From a virus (Duplodnaviria; Caudoviricetes), in the IMG/VR virus record IMGVR_UViG_3300027863_001435, positions 1 through 27,225 of that record: a stretch of 27,225 nt of DNA. One strand, 5' to 3'. The position numbers were made by a program, and so were the translations under genes. The stretch's first letter is position 1; the number at the start of each line of letters is the position of its first letter. The notes beneath the pieces were generated by a model. It was given only the letters and a program-made list of their open reading frames with translations, had not been told where the DNA came from and made no database searches. This document shows, in pieces, positions 8,601 through 16,502 of the stretch.

Positions 8601-10617
8601 CCTGCCTCATTGCACTGCTTGGTCGGCGCCTAGCCATCCCCTCTATCTGCGCTCGTATTGCGTTCGCCTCTTCTCCTCTTGTAGGCTGTAATTTGTTTAT
8701 CACCCTGCCTGTAATCTCTTCCCTATAGGCGCTAGAGAGGTTAGGGAGTTCCTTAGGTAGGATATCCTCATCAAGGAGCGCTCTTATCACCTTGTTCTCT
8801 GGCGGTCGCCACCCTAGAGCCCTCATATGGGCGAGTTCAATCACGGAATCCTCGCTTATGCCAGCACGTGCGAGGGCGCTCTTTATCCCAGGTCTTATAT
8901 CTCGTTCATCGGTAAGTGCACCTACAATGTCTCGTAGCCCTGCTCCAGTGGCAAGACGCATCTCACTATCGTAAGCTTCGAACACGCCAGGCTTGGCGAA
9001 CTGCCCCAGGGCACTTTCTGCGTGCGCCACTCTCACGAAATCTCGAATGTCTGCTGGCAAGCCACGAATTGCACGCTCCCGCTCGTAAATCCTGTAGGCA
9101 TTCTTAAACTGCTCTATGCCCGCAGTGACTTGCTGAAGCAGTCTTTTGCGTGCTCGTGCGGAGGCTTCCTGCGCCACTTTCTTTGCTGCGGCTACTTGCT
9201 CCTTGATAGGCTTAGGGAGACGAACCCATCCTGCTTCACTACCAAGCACCCTTCCAGCAGGCGCTGTGATCTTAGCGGCGCCTGCCTTAATCTCTGCGGC
9301 GGTCTCTCTTGTGAACTTGGCAACTTCATCCAGGCTAGACTTAGCCTTGGATGCTTCATTGGCAAGGACATTGCCTACCTTAGGCGCAGAATAAAGCGGA
9401 ACGCCAAGGAAGAGACGCAAAGCGGGATTAAAGATGAAAAAAGTAGCGGTATTTGAGGCGACGTCCTTGCTAAGTTCCCGCATGTACTCACCAGGCGGCA
9501 TCTTCTCTTGGGCAAGGTATCTTCTGTACAGCTTTTCAACTACATGCTCCTTAGGGAATGGCGGTGGTGCACCTGTCTCTGCTTGGAGCCTTTGGTATGC
9601 GGACTCGGCTTCCCTTTGTGCTCGTTCGTACACCTCCTCTCGTCGCCTCTTCTCAAAAGTGAGGCTAAAGAGAGGTCCCCAAACTATTGCCTCCTTAAGG
9701 TCACTCTTCACTTTGTCCTTGGAGAGTTGAGCCGCCCAATACTGGAGGAACGTCTTTGGCATCTCCTCCTTAGGCGGGGCAGAGAGCATTGCCTGCCAAG
9801 ATGCTTCGCCTCTTCTAATTTTTTGCGCTAATCTAGTGGCGCTTTCTGCACCGTATCTTCTTGTGTACTCAGCCGCTATGGATTTGACTCCCGCTTCTCG
9901 AGTCGCCACTTCTTTTGCGCCAAGGCCGGCAGAGTTTGCCATTTCTTCTTCAACTAATGCGTTGATGCTTGCCTCAGAGAGCGCCTCTGTAGCGTGCCTT
10001 AGACTTGCGGCTGCGACAAGTTCGCCTATGCCCGCCCAATAGAGCAACTCTGTGGCGCCTTCTGGAATTCCGCCAATTTCATGCACCTCTGGAGTGCGCA
10101 GTTTACCTGCCCAAGTTGTTCCTTTCGGCTTAGCGACTGGCGGGACCGCTAATCTTAGTTGTGGCTGTGAAGGGTAGAGCGGCTGCCTTGCCTCAGGCTT
10201 CGAATAAGAAGGAACAGCCCACGGGATGCGGGGAGGCTCCTTGCTTGATGGGGTTATCTTCGGTGTCAGCGTTGTCTCGAGCGCCTGGCGCTCCGTCTTA
10301 GCCTTCTTTGCTACCTCTGCCGCCTTTTCCGTGTCTATTGCCCAAGGGGTAGCGGTACGCTTCCAGGTCTTCGGCCCCTGTTTTATCGCCTCTGCAACCT
10401 CCTGGCGTACCTCAGCAAGACGTTTGCCAAGTAGTGCAAGGCCTTGGGCAATAATCCCGGGATGCTCAGGCGGCGACGGCGGCTGAGTGAGAGCAGGTAC
10501 AGGTCGGCGTACCTTCGGCTGACGCTGTGCCTGTTCAATCATATCGAGTACCTTGCGTACCTTTTGCAAGGTCTGCTGGTTATATTCGTGGAGAGCAGAA
10601 AGGCGGGATGGGTCCAT
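2617..10617 (-). CDS. Giant internal virion/ejection protein, large polyvalent type (zincin-like HExxH module, LPD38-like C-terminus)
   Basis: 2666 aa, Ala/Arg/Glu-rich and helical; AIHELAH...EAIAEWF; C-terminal 'ATIHFGHGG...NALVAFFNA...WYDGLSEEEK...LRLPAP...LEILTNRTVWGSVIIP' resembles LPD38; last gene of the ejection cluster; SD GGAGG. Confidence 0.8.
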   Translation of the reverse strand: MDPSRLSALHEYNQQTLQKVRKVLDMIEQAQRQPKVRRPVPALTQPPSPPEHPGIIAQGLALLGKRLAEVRQEVAEAIKQGPKTWKRTATPWAIDTEKAAEVAKKAKTERQALETTLTPKITPSSKEPPRIPWAVPSYSKPEARQPLYPSQPQLRLAVPPVAKPKGTTWAGKLRTPEVHEIGGIPEGATELLYWAGIGELVAAASLRHATEALSEASINALVEEEMANSAGLGAKEVATREAGVKSIAAEYTRRYGAESATRLAQKIRRGEASWQAMLSAPPKEEMPKTFLQYWAAQLSKDKVKSDLKEAIVWGPLFSLTFEKRRREEVYERAQREAESAYQRLQAETGAPPPFPKEHVVEKLYRRYLAQEKMPPGEYMRELSKDVASNTATFFIFNPALRLFLGVPLYSAPKVGNVLANEASKAKSSLDEVAKFTRETAAEIKAGAAKITAPAGRVLGSEAGWVRLPKPIKEQVAAAKKVAQEASARARKRLLQQVTAGIEQFKNAYRIYERERAIRGLPADIRDFVRVAHAESALGQFAKPGVFEAYDSEMRLATGAGLRDIVGALTDERDIRPGIKSALARAGISEDSVIELAHMRALGWRPPENKVIRALLDEDILPKELPNLSSAYREEITGRVINKLQPTRGEEANAIRAQIEGMARRRPSSAMRQALATFGLGPQEIDEIARLSKINVDTFPGAWKVASAMRAAILAPKGSAGQAVANILGIPHSTGSAIAEKVRATSAPETWSIYNIRREVSYESLVGMMMNLFGVEQFAPGDAKVFEAAGLSRGLDELTARWLLTGDEQAAAEVTSAVPKVLEAVEQAGSQYDPQYVRGLKRRLHTLLGALERGRKIHPQFARAVEALAPMLPAGSSPALVGAINHALGTDITVPLQYTTHGHLVKAFYSAPGGLPANDPAPGLFGATLEERSKWKRFAKWCAESGIEEFSEYADLDFWDKFDFRPSSWARLGRAVVHWLSSAPDNEENKVLLTAVDRASRAFVSNPQVAVANERALWLFGRIRQELQRIVDDLQRQAKEAATKQEKRNLNSQVRQARTQLKKFEEFYAHVHGYWVRTGFNPAEMVRLAFLGEEEIGKGIAQVLSYSLGGAKYKSFLTSKEGAKFLRGLLLRYLPGSISGNPAIPIARTISAYWHADPEWIIQAVADETNRRRLWSAFLNAGGHPGVMRAAEMWADATRRGEDGAFWYTLFGYGLEPEEMVTRPRAKKGEEEGAAVGLNLPYLLQFADRLRDYTKERADPFALSLASEIREILEILSRENRQTLRGQLVSDVCGAIEKQGLANEATKDPLTERHRYNFWRLVYETARLSRLKGRRLENLPDDVRAGLLAKAQELRESLLSATNEAQRLGIWHEFIEARAREGIPIEAIRQVGGTLADDLGRPLLLQSMIKQAGLPAGVSPTQLTRTPKNYSADMGAVEASIYRAGRRTRPTVTAQTVIDYIRSITRVALGDVYTAEGTAVYPYGSAGTMIGITHAHDVYTAIHELAHVAHHKAIVALTGVSPANYWQVADAPAVQKFLAEAYEELASRGFPFELRGALGVSEIREQAEAIAEWFAARCLGFVSALGMPKTEKTVREMFRLAGMPKAYDAVLRLCEDMMEGDPMRKMLAVSYPFAGFLVNRKLSALDRAKMKFMTMFVDESYPLQMLDVYSRVSDRPQGPFQPRTLREAIEWSLGWTSWVDAAATVGIVDKHGVVQALPVEMMVSMLHDLDEYAQCVSLMTAEATLEMINRHLEQPYGSLEELIAAIEQSAYAQHKEVAEALQMAKDKLHATVYSVLGRLTKDDAQLVAEMRRAIEVALEPQADGVIPVVATAKHYAEDAEKMQRFRVVIEEYKKYVDALLRMMRDSGFVTEGEAQTMAAAWPLYFRLIVERAQQNRIPKGPVRLATIPHIERRLGTQRFFLDPFESLVEMTALTFRAVSRNNLFAEVARCVEEAAEQGDAPYLMKKMELGAEVAVPPLAQRLFADLTPEGVLYVWQDGRPVAYHIEPSLIQAFQTFFKTADMEGWHVFILSNLAQFVRRMILAGPGYMIFNLMRDLTMLAMGKGLSGVKRYPRGAKAVAMFSRFLLDAKRSLHGAKTEAELREAVRNVFRRYDGFLNQAEMRAILSYLGLGGMSRQLAGIEVLRGRHLDPAMIMRSSAWWRLRDWALHPTYSLLRFSSALEAIPRVAAVTESYEEWPRRLSANRRAIEEAIERVKAEIEKAKGTPRVLQLQRRLYELQSRLGLLAAEEKEIKEGTMPNMYPHVIAGQEATIHFGHGGTVTKNINALVAFFNANVREIARCAQILKENPKAALAVLSLFATAKLIEYLRYSDEAWYDGLSEEEKTAYLHVKVPGTDNVLRLPAPSTFAYLAHAAITSALSQAPDKWDKVRRSIKMIIPDPVFTGVLPILEILTNRTVWGSVIIPRSLQYEEPYWQLTGATSPASIVLGRKIGVAPAYVETIVRGYGGEIGRYALQTASLFFGEQERGTKASYPAPGVGLEDLPVLSRFFLTTTKPPVTWSQLYTARDYYERELKKAKQEAIALMRQGVDAETATLGIYPISSSLSKVEGAIAFIRNIDNDMGIVAEAASLKGVPVADALERMQWVATRRGIEIPPDIWNTGDRQKIGRAIYKELLEMGQERARQVLEETGYRGPLIPALRPLGVTQSE

Positions 10618-10619
10618 GT

Positions 10620-12650
10620 TTACCTCCCTGCAAGCGCCTGCTGTACCTCATATTTCAGCCATGCAGGATTCCATCCTGGATGCTTATAGAGGAAGTACCT
10701 CATTATCTGGTCAGGTTTCTTGCCCGCTGCTTCGAGGCGCTTAGTCGTCGCACGTATTTCTGACCTTGTCTTTGGGGAGAATCCAGGACCCGGCGGCTTT
10801 TGTGCAGGCTGGTGAGCGAGCCTGAGCGCCCCTGCGGCATCGATTAGTTGCCTGTATTCGTTCCTTATCATGCCCTCAATGAGCGTGCGGTTCACCTCCT
10901 TGTGTCGCTTCGCCAAGTAGTCCACAAGGTCGCTAGCCCCTCCCCTAGGATGCTTGCGCAAATAATCGAGCGCATCTGCTCTGACCTCATAGGCGCTCTT
11001 CCCCGCAGGTGCGGGATGCTCTAGCTTCTTCTCAGCCTTTGGCCCGGCAGGTGTCCCGCCAAGTTTGGCAATCTGTTGGTTAGTGATATCAAGGTTCTGT
11101 TGCAAGGCCTTGAGCACGTTCTCTAGCGCCTGTGCGGTTATAATATCGCCATTCTCTTTTGCCTGGCTTATCTTCTGCTGTACGTTCGCTATACTGCCTA
11201 GAAGTTTTATGGCATCGTTCTGTAATCTCCTTCGTGTCTCCTCATCAGAAGATGCCTTAGTTGCAACAGGCTTTGGAGGCTGTGCTTGCTTTCTAACCTC
11301 CTGCTGGACCCGCGCTCTAAACAGAGTAGGCGGTGTAGCAAACGCCTGCCCATATCTTGGCGGCGGCGGTAGCGTTGCCATTATGTCTGTTGAGCCAAGC
11401 GGAGGGAGAGGAGCGATCTCCCCGCCTGCCCCTTCTGGTCTCTCAGAAATTACAACAGGTGCAGGTGGCAGACCCACGTCCGTTGCCCCTAATCTTGACA
11501 TTGCCTCCCGTGTGGTGGCATCCAAAATCTCTGCGAAGGCAGGGATCCTCTCCGACAGGTCGCCAAGGAGTGATCTCCATGCGGTCAGTGTTCTAGCAAA
11601 CTCAGGCGTATCCTTGCTCCCCGTCTCAAGTAAGTTGAGTATCTGTTGGCTTAATGCCCTTAGCGTTCCAAGTTCAAGTGACATACCCCGATTGACAGCG
11701 CCAAGGAGTGCCGTTCCTGTCGGGGGTACGTACCTCTGGACAGTGGCGAGGTCAGGTGGAAGGCCTATTATATCTGCGACACGTCTTGCTATTTCATCTC
11801 TTAACGGACCCTCCATGACTGAAATTTGACTTAACACATCAGCCATTCGTGCAAGTTTCGTGACCTCTTCCTCTGCGTTCCTTGGTGGTCTGAGCGCCTC
11901 CTGGAGGAGGTAGAAGTTCTTCATCTCCTCGTCTGACATGGTGCCAGGGGGACTAGGAGGCGTAGTCGTCGTGGATGGCGTAGCCACAGGCTGGGAGGCA
12001 TTGAGAGTGAGTCCCCCTGGCAAACTCGCAAGGCCACCTTTTGCACCAGTTGTCAGCCATTCGCCAAAGGGCATAGGCCGTGACGTCCAAGGCATCTCAG
12101 GAGCAAGCCCAAGGAGCGAACGCGTCTCTTCAGTAGCGGCAGGTGGAACCTCTAGTGCCGTCGGCTTCTCTTCGGCACCAGGAATCGGGCTCGGTGTTGG
12201 CGCAGGCGCCGCCTGCGGCGGCTTGCGTAGCCCAAACCAGCCCTCAATCGCACCAAAGACGTCTGGATATTGCGTCTTTAGCATCTCATATGTCCCGAAT
12301 CTCACAATAGGTGGAAGATTCGGATTTGAGAGAAGTTCAATGGCGCTTAGGGCAGCACGCATCCTTGCCTGCTCCTGCTCTGCCGCAAGCGATTTCTTCT
12401 GCATCTTGCCCTCTTTCCTTGCCAATTTGTATTGTTGCGCAAGTTGCTTCTCTCTTAGCTCCTTCTCTTGGCTAAGTTCCTGCCGCTGAAGTGCCAGAGA
12501 CTGCTGACGCAACCAGTTCTCAAGCCTTCTTTGCGCTTCCTCTGCAGCAAGTTGCTGGCGGCGCAGTCTCTCCTGCGTCATGATTTCGTAGTAATTGCCC
12601 AGACCCGCCGCTAATCCTTGTGCTAATCCTGCTTGTACGAAGGGGTTCAT
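10620..12650 (-). CDS. Internal virion/DNA ejection protein
   Basis: N-terminal GLAQGLAAGLG followed by a Q/E/R coiled coil and Pro-rich linkers; second of three ejection genes. Confidence 0.7.
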   Translation of the reverse strand: MNPFVQAGLAQGLAAGLGNYYEIMTQERLRRQQLAAEEAQRRLENWLRQQSLALQRQELSQEKELREKQLAQQYKLARKEGKMQKKSLAAEQEQARMRAALSAIELLSNPNLPPIVRFGTYEMLKTQYPDVFGAIEGWFGLRKPPQAAPAPTPSPIPGAEEKPTALEVPPAATEETRSLLGLAPEMPWTSRPMPFGEWLTTGAKGGLASLPGGLTLNASQPVATPSTTTTPPSPPGTMSDEEMKNFYLLQEALRPPRNAEEEVTKLARMADVLSQISVMEGPLRDEIARRVADIIGLPPDLATVQRYVPPTGTALLGAVNRGMSLELGTLRALSQQILNLLETGSKDTPEFARTLTAWRSLLGDLSERIPAFAEILDATTREAMSRLGATDVGLPPAPVVISERPEGAGGEIAPLPPLGSTDIMATLPPPPRYGQAFATPPTLFRARVQQEVRKQAQPPKPVATKASSDEETRRRLQNDAIKLLGSIANVQQKISQAKENGDIITAQALENVLKALQQNLDITNQQIAKLGGTPAGPKAEKKLEHPAPAGKSAYEVRADALDYLRKHPRGGASDLVDYLAKRHKEVNRTLIEGMIRNEYRQLIDAAGALRLAHQPAQKPPGPGFSPKTRSEIRATTKRLEAAGKKPDQIMRYFLYKHPGWNPAWLKYEVQQALAGR

Positions 12651-12663
12651 CCTCTCACCTCAT

Positions 12664-14235
12664 TTAGTAGCCACGCCCATACCCGTACTGCATAGACAGC
12701 GCTGGCCATAACCACATGGGTGTAGCGAGATATGAGTTATAGACGGCAGACGCCCTCTGCGTCCCTGTAGGCGCTGGAGGCGTCGTCTGCGGGAGTTGCT
12801 TATATGCGCCAAGCAGACCCCATACCCTGCCTAAATCGGCAAGCGTTTGAGCAAAGGACTGACCTGCTTGAGATTGCATCCCCATTCCTGTCCCGAAGAG
12901 TTGCATTCCCTGCTGGCCCATCTGCCCGCCTAGACCAGCCATGTTTTGTGCGAGACCCCCCATCGCTCCTATCGTGCCTAGGTAGGACTGGAGAGCGGGT
13001 GAGCCTTGCCCAAGCCCTTGCGCACCTAGAGCAAAAGTATAGAGATTCCTTGCGGTCTCCATTGCTCTGTTGCGCTCAGCCTCACGCATGGCATATCTTT
13101 GCTGCCCAAGTTTTGCTTCCTCCTCAGAGCGTGCACGTCTGTAGGCAAGTTGCGCCGCTGCTCTAAGAGCCGCTTCCATGCTCGTTCCTCTACCTGGAGT
13201 GGCCAGACCCCTTGCGGCAAGGGGAGCCATCCCCGCCTCAACTGCGCCTTCGTAGCCTGTCTCCCCGAGCCGAGAGAGATATCTCTGTCTCGCAATCTCG
13301 CTCTCTATCTCCTCCTGAGAGAGCGGCTTCATCCACTCGGGAACCTCCGCATGCATCTCAAAGCCCCTCGAATAGGCGACGGGAGCCTGCCAGCCCTCTG
13401 GAGGCGCAAGGTAGCCCTCACCTGTCAGCGTGGAGAGAATCTCTTCGGGAGTCGTCGGCTTGCCCTTAGCGGCAAGAGAAAGAAGCCCAGCAGCGGCAGA
13501 ACCTGTCGTTTGACGATAGGCGTCCAGGAACGCTTTCACATCTGCCGCATCCTGTGCCGTCCCCTTCCCCGAGATAGCGTTTTCAAGGAACCGCCTGACC
13601 TGCTCGAAGTCGTTTGTACCAGGCTTGATACTCGCCAGGCTGTTCGCAAACTTGCCCGCCCTTCTTATGGCAATAGGCGAACGAAGCCAAGCAAGTACCA
13701 CATCATCGCTTATTGGTGAAGGGTAGCTCCCTGTCGTCGCTCCAAGAGCCGACTTCCCTTGGAGTAAGCGCATGGCCTGCCCAAAGTTCTCCGCCGCATC
13801 TGGTCGACTTGCATTGTAGGCAAAGAAACGCACAAGTTGTCCCATGGCTCCAGTATCGCCACCGTACCTATCGAGGTAGGGCAGAAGCCAACTTGGAACA
13901 GCGGCGTTAGGCATGCCAGGGACTCTAATGTAGGAAAGTCCAGGAATGCCTAGATATCCTCCAAGCATGGAGAGCGTGCCATACTGCAATGGAAGCAAGC
14001 CGATTCTTTGCGCATACTCGAGCCTTGCTAGCGGTTCACCATATCGCCTTTGCGCTTCCGCCTGTTGTGCAAGGAGTGCGTCAAGTCGTCTTAGCGCTTC
14101 CTGCGTAATCTGCTTTTCCCATTCGAGTTGCTCACGACCTGCCTCTGCCATCTGCTCTCCCGCTTTCGCTTGCTTACGGGAGGCGCCATAGCCCAACAGG
14201 CCGCCAATAAGTCCTGCTAAAAGATCCCATGCCAT
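12664..14235 (-). CDS. Internal virion/DNA pilot (ejection) protein
   Basis: N-terminal LLAGLIGGLLGYGASRKQAKAGEQMAEAGREQLEWEKQ is typical of podovirus pilot proteins; Gly/Gln/Met-rich C-terminus; follows the nozzle. Confidence 0.75.
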   Translation of the reverse strand: MAWDLLAGLIGGLLGYGASRKQAKAGEQMAEAGREQLEWEKQITQEALRRLDALLAQQAEAQRRYGEPLARLEYAQRIGLLPLQYGTLSMLGGYLGIPGLSYIRVPGMPNAAVPSWLLPYLDRYGGDTGAMGQLVRFFAYNASRPDAAENFGQAMRLLQGKSALGATTGSYPSPISDDVVLAWLRSPIAIRRAGKFANSLASIKPGTNDFEQVRRFLENAISGKGTAQDAADVKAFLDAYRQTTGSAAAGLLSLAAKGKPTTPEEILSTLTGEGYLAPPEGWQAPVAYSRGFEMHAEVPEWMKPLSQEEIESEIARQRYLSRLGETGYEGAVEAGMAPLAARGLATPGRGTSMEAALRAAAQLAYRRARSEEEAKLGQQRYAMREAERNRAMETARNLYTFALGAQGLGQGSPALQSYLGTIGAMGGLAQNMAGLGGQMGQQGMQLFGTGMGMQSQAGQSFAQTLADLGRVWGLLGAYKQLPQTTPPAPTGTQRASAVYNSYLATPMWLWPALSMQYGYGRGY

Positions 14236-14237
14236 TC

Positions 14238-16502
14238 CTATCTCCTCCGCTTGGGTAATCGGCTGGGGACATATTTTAATTCGAGGCCTCTTATCTCCTC
14301 TATTGCGTCAGCCCCAGCCTTCACTCTTATTGCAAACCTTCTGCCTTCAATGCCAACAAGTGCCTCTCGCCAAGCCTCAGTTCCAAGGCTTGACGGCGGC
14401 GAAATGCGCTTCTCCACGCCTGTGTCTTCGCCATCCCTTAGAATCTCAAGGGTTACCCGTGTGCCTGAGAACCTAGGTGTGTAATCAATGCCCACGCTGA
14501 TTAGCTTCGCAGTGTACTGGTCAAACTCAACGCCGCCGCTCTTGTAGACGCAATCGACGTAAGGCTTGTAGACAGCCTCAATGTATGTCCCTTGATCATG
14601 GAATAGACAGAGGGAGTAGACATAGTATTGCGGGTCGTAGGGTGGTGCAGCCCTGCCCCAACCGCCTACAATGACATCGCCATCAAGCGTTGCTTCGCTC
14701 CAGCCTAAGGCGCTTGCTGGTACGTAGCATTCGTCTGTCCCAATGAGTGTCGCTGTTCCTGTCGGTGCGTGGATAGCAAGCACACGGGTGGGTCCGTAGA
14801 CTGAAGGGTCAACGGTAGCATAAGAGAGAAGCCACCACTCGCCTGCGCTAACTGATGCCATGAGTTCGGCATAAGTGTACTTTACCGTTCCGTCGGTGAA
14901 CTTATTCCAATCTGAGGTCCCAAGCCTTGCCACACTCCTAAACGGCTCTCTATCTGGCGGGAATATCTTCTCATAGAACCGTACCAGTTCGTTTGAGCCA
15001 GTAGGAATGCCTACGGGTCCGTCACGGGTGACATAAAAGGTCATGCCCTGCACGTAATTGGCGCAGTCGTTTATTGCGCCAATGTTGCTCACCTTCGCCA
15101 AGGCGAAGTCAGACCAATCCCGACCGTAGAGTCGCCAAACTCCGCCCTTTGCGAAGATAAGACACGAGTCACCAATTGCCGAGGATGCCCATTGGCTTAC
15201 CGTCTCAGGCTCAATTTTTAGTATCTCAATTGCCTCAGGCCCCACGTCTATCTCCCCGCCTAAGGCAGGGGTCATCTCCCCCGTGAGAGAGAGCGGGGTA
15301 ATAAGTGGCCAATACTCAGGTGAGCCGACGCTTGAAAACCTAATTTTTGTCCCCTTCCAGGCAAAGAGCCTACCGTTCCAGCCGACAAGGCCTTGCAAGT
15401 CGCCTGGAGCGCTGTCATGGCCATCGGGTAGCGGGTCGCCGAGGGACTCGTCGGCATTTGTATCTACGAATGACCAGGTATTCGTGGAAAAGTCCGTATC
15501 TATCTCTCCAGCGTAGAAGTATGCGCCCAATTGGTCGGCGAACGTACGATAAAACCTGACCTTGGAAGCCTGCGCCCCAAATAGTCTAAATCTTGCGTTT
15601 ATAGTGAAACTTACAGTTATCTTCGAACCAGCTGACGAAACGGTCGTGACCACACCAAAGTCATACGGCCCCGTCTCTGTCCTCGTCTTTGCATCAACGA
15701 AGGTGAGAGCATAACGGTACTTACCAGAGCCCACGTCCCCGCCGCTTGTCACCGAAGTTGATTTAGCGGAGAAGGCAGTATCATCTATCCCATGCTCACC
15801 TACGGAGACACCAGCGTGTTGCACGCCTGAGATCACATAACCGGTGTCAGTTAATGTGACACCAGCATTGTCATGTATCTCAAGCGACGTATTGCTAATT
15901 ACCCTGGTTATGACGAACTTCTTCGCCGCTGTCCCTGTGAAGTCAAAAAGAATAGTATCTCCGGCGCCTACGTTTCCTAGCCAGGAGGTTCCGCTTCCTG
16001 TCACCACTCGTGAAGAAGCGTTTGTGGTTATCGTTCCCGTGTTATAGATCCGCCCATCGAACCTCCTCGGGGGACGCAGGTCAGCGCTAGTTGCTCCCTC
16101 TTTCTTCTTCTCCGTGGGTAGGAAGTAGACGAGGTAGCCCCACTGGACGAAGCGGTAGCGCGGGCAAAAATCATATGGGGAGTAGTCGATCGGCACCCAG
16201 TTTTCGCCCACTAAGGCGTAGACGAAGTTTGAGGCAGTAGCAAGAAGGAGCGTTTCTGGTGGCGAGCCAGCACTGCTCGGGGCATATTGTACTTCACAAA
16301 TTGTCCTTATTCCCTCCTGGTTTAGCGACGGGTCAGGATTCGGTCGGCTCGCCACCTCCTTTAGCCCGCCAAACGGAGAGAGCCTTCCCCTGACATGCTC
16401 CAGGAAGGCAAGTTCATGAGCCTCGTTTGCACTAAGCCTCTCTTCCCCAAGTCTAGAGAGCCCTCCCGAGAAGTCTTTCAAGACTAGGCTGTTATAGCCC
16501 AT
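14238..16502 (-). CDS. Tail nozzle / head-closure protein (P22 gp10 / T7 gp12-like beta-propeller)
   Basis: N-terminal KDFSGGL motif; 'LVGWNGRLFAW...IRFSSVGSPEYWP' and 'LIFAKGGVWRLYG...IGAI' propeller blades; C-terminal GRRFAIRV. Start taken at MGYNS (16502); the ORF track gives 16562. Confidence 0.8.
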   Translation of the reverse strand: MGYNSLVLKDFSGGLSRLGEERLSANEAHELAFLEHVRGRLSPFGGLKEVASRPNPDPSLNQEGIRTICEVQYAPSSAGSPPETLLLATASNFVYALVGENWVPIDYSPYDFCPRYRFVQWGYLVYFLPTEKKKEGATSADLRPPRRFDGRIYNTGTITTNASSRVVTGSGTSWLGNVGAGDTILFDFTGTAAKKFVITRVISNTSLEIHDNAGVTLTDTGYVISGVQHAGVSVGEHGIDDTAFSAKSTSVTSGGDVGSGKYRYALTFVDAKTRTETGPYDFGVVTTVSSAGSKITVSFTINARFRLFGAQASKVRFYRTFADQLGAYFYAGEIDTDFSTNTWSFVDTNADESLGDPLPDGHDSAPGDLQGLVGWNGRLFAWKGTKIRFSSVGSPEYWPLITPLSLTGEMTPALGGEIDVGPEAIEILKIEPETVSQWASSAIGDSCLIFAKGGVWRLYGRDWSDFALAKVSNIGAINDCANYVQGMTFYVTRDGPVGIPTGSNELVRFYEKIFPPDREPFRSVARLGTSDWNKFTDGTVKYTYAELMASVSAGEWWLLSYATVDPSVYGPTRVLAIHAPTGTATLIGTDECYVPASALGWSEATLDGDVIVGGWGRAAPPYDPQYYVYSLCLFHDQGTYIEAVYKPYVDCVYKSGGVEFDQYTAKLISVGIDYTPRFSGTRVTLEILRDGEDTGVEKRISPPSSLGTEAWREALVGIEGRRFAIRVKAGADAIEEIRGLELKYVPSRLPKRRR

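Noticed and set aside
11065-12489. Long plus-strand ORFs (254 aa and 183 aa), and similar ones at 13099-13719 and 23394-24014
   Set aside because: Antisense shadows of minus-strand genes; Ser/Ala/Cys-rich with no recognisable motifs.
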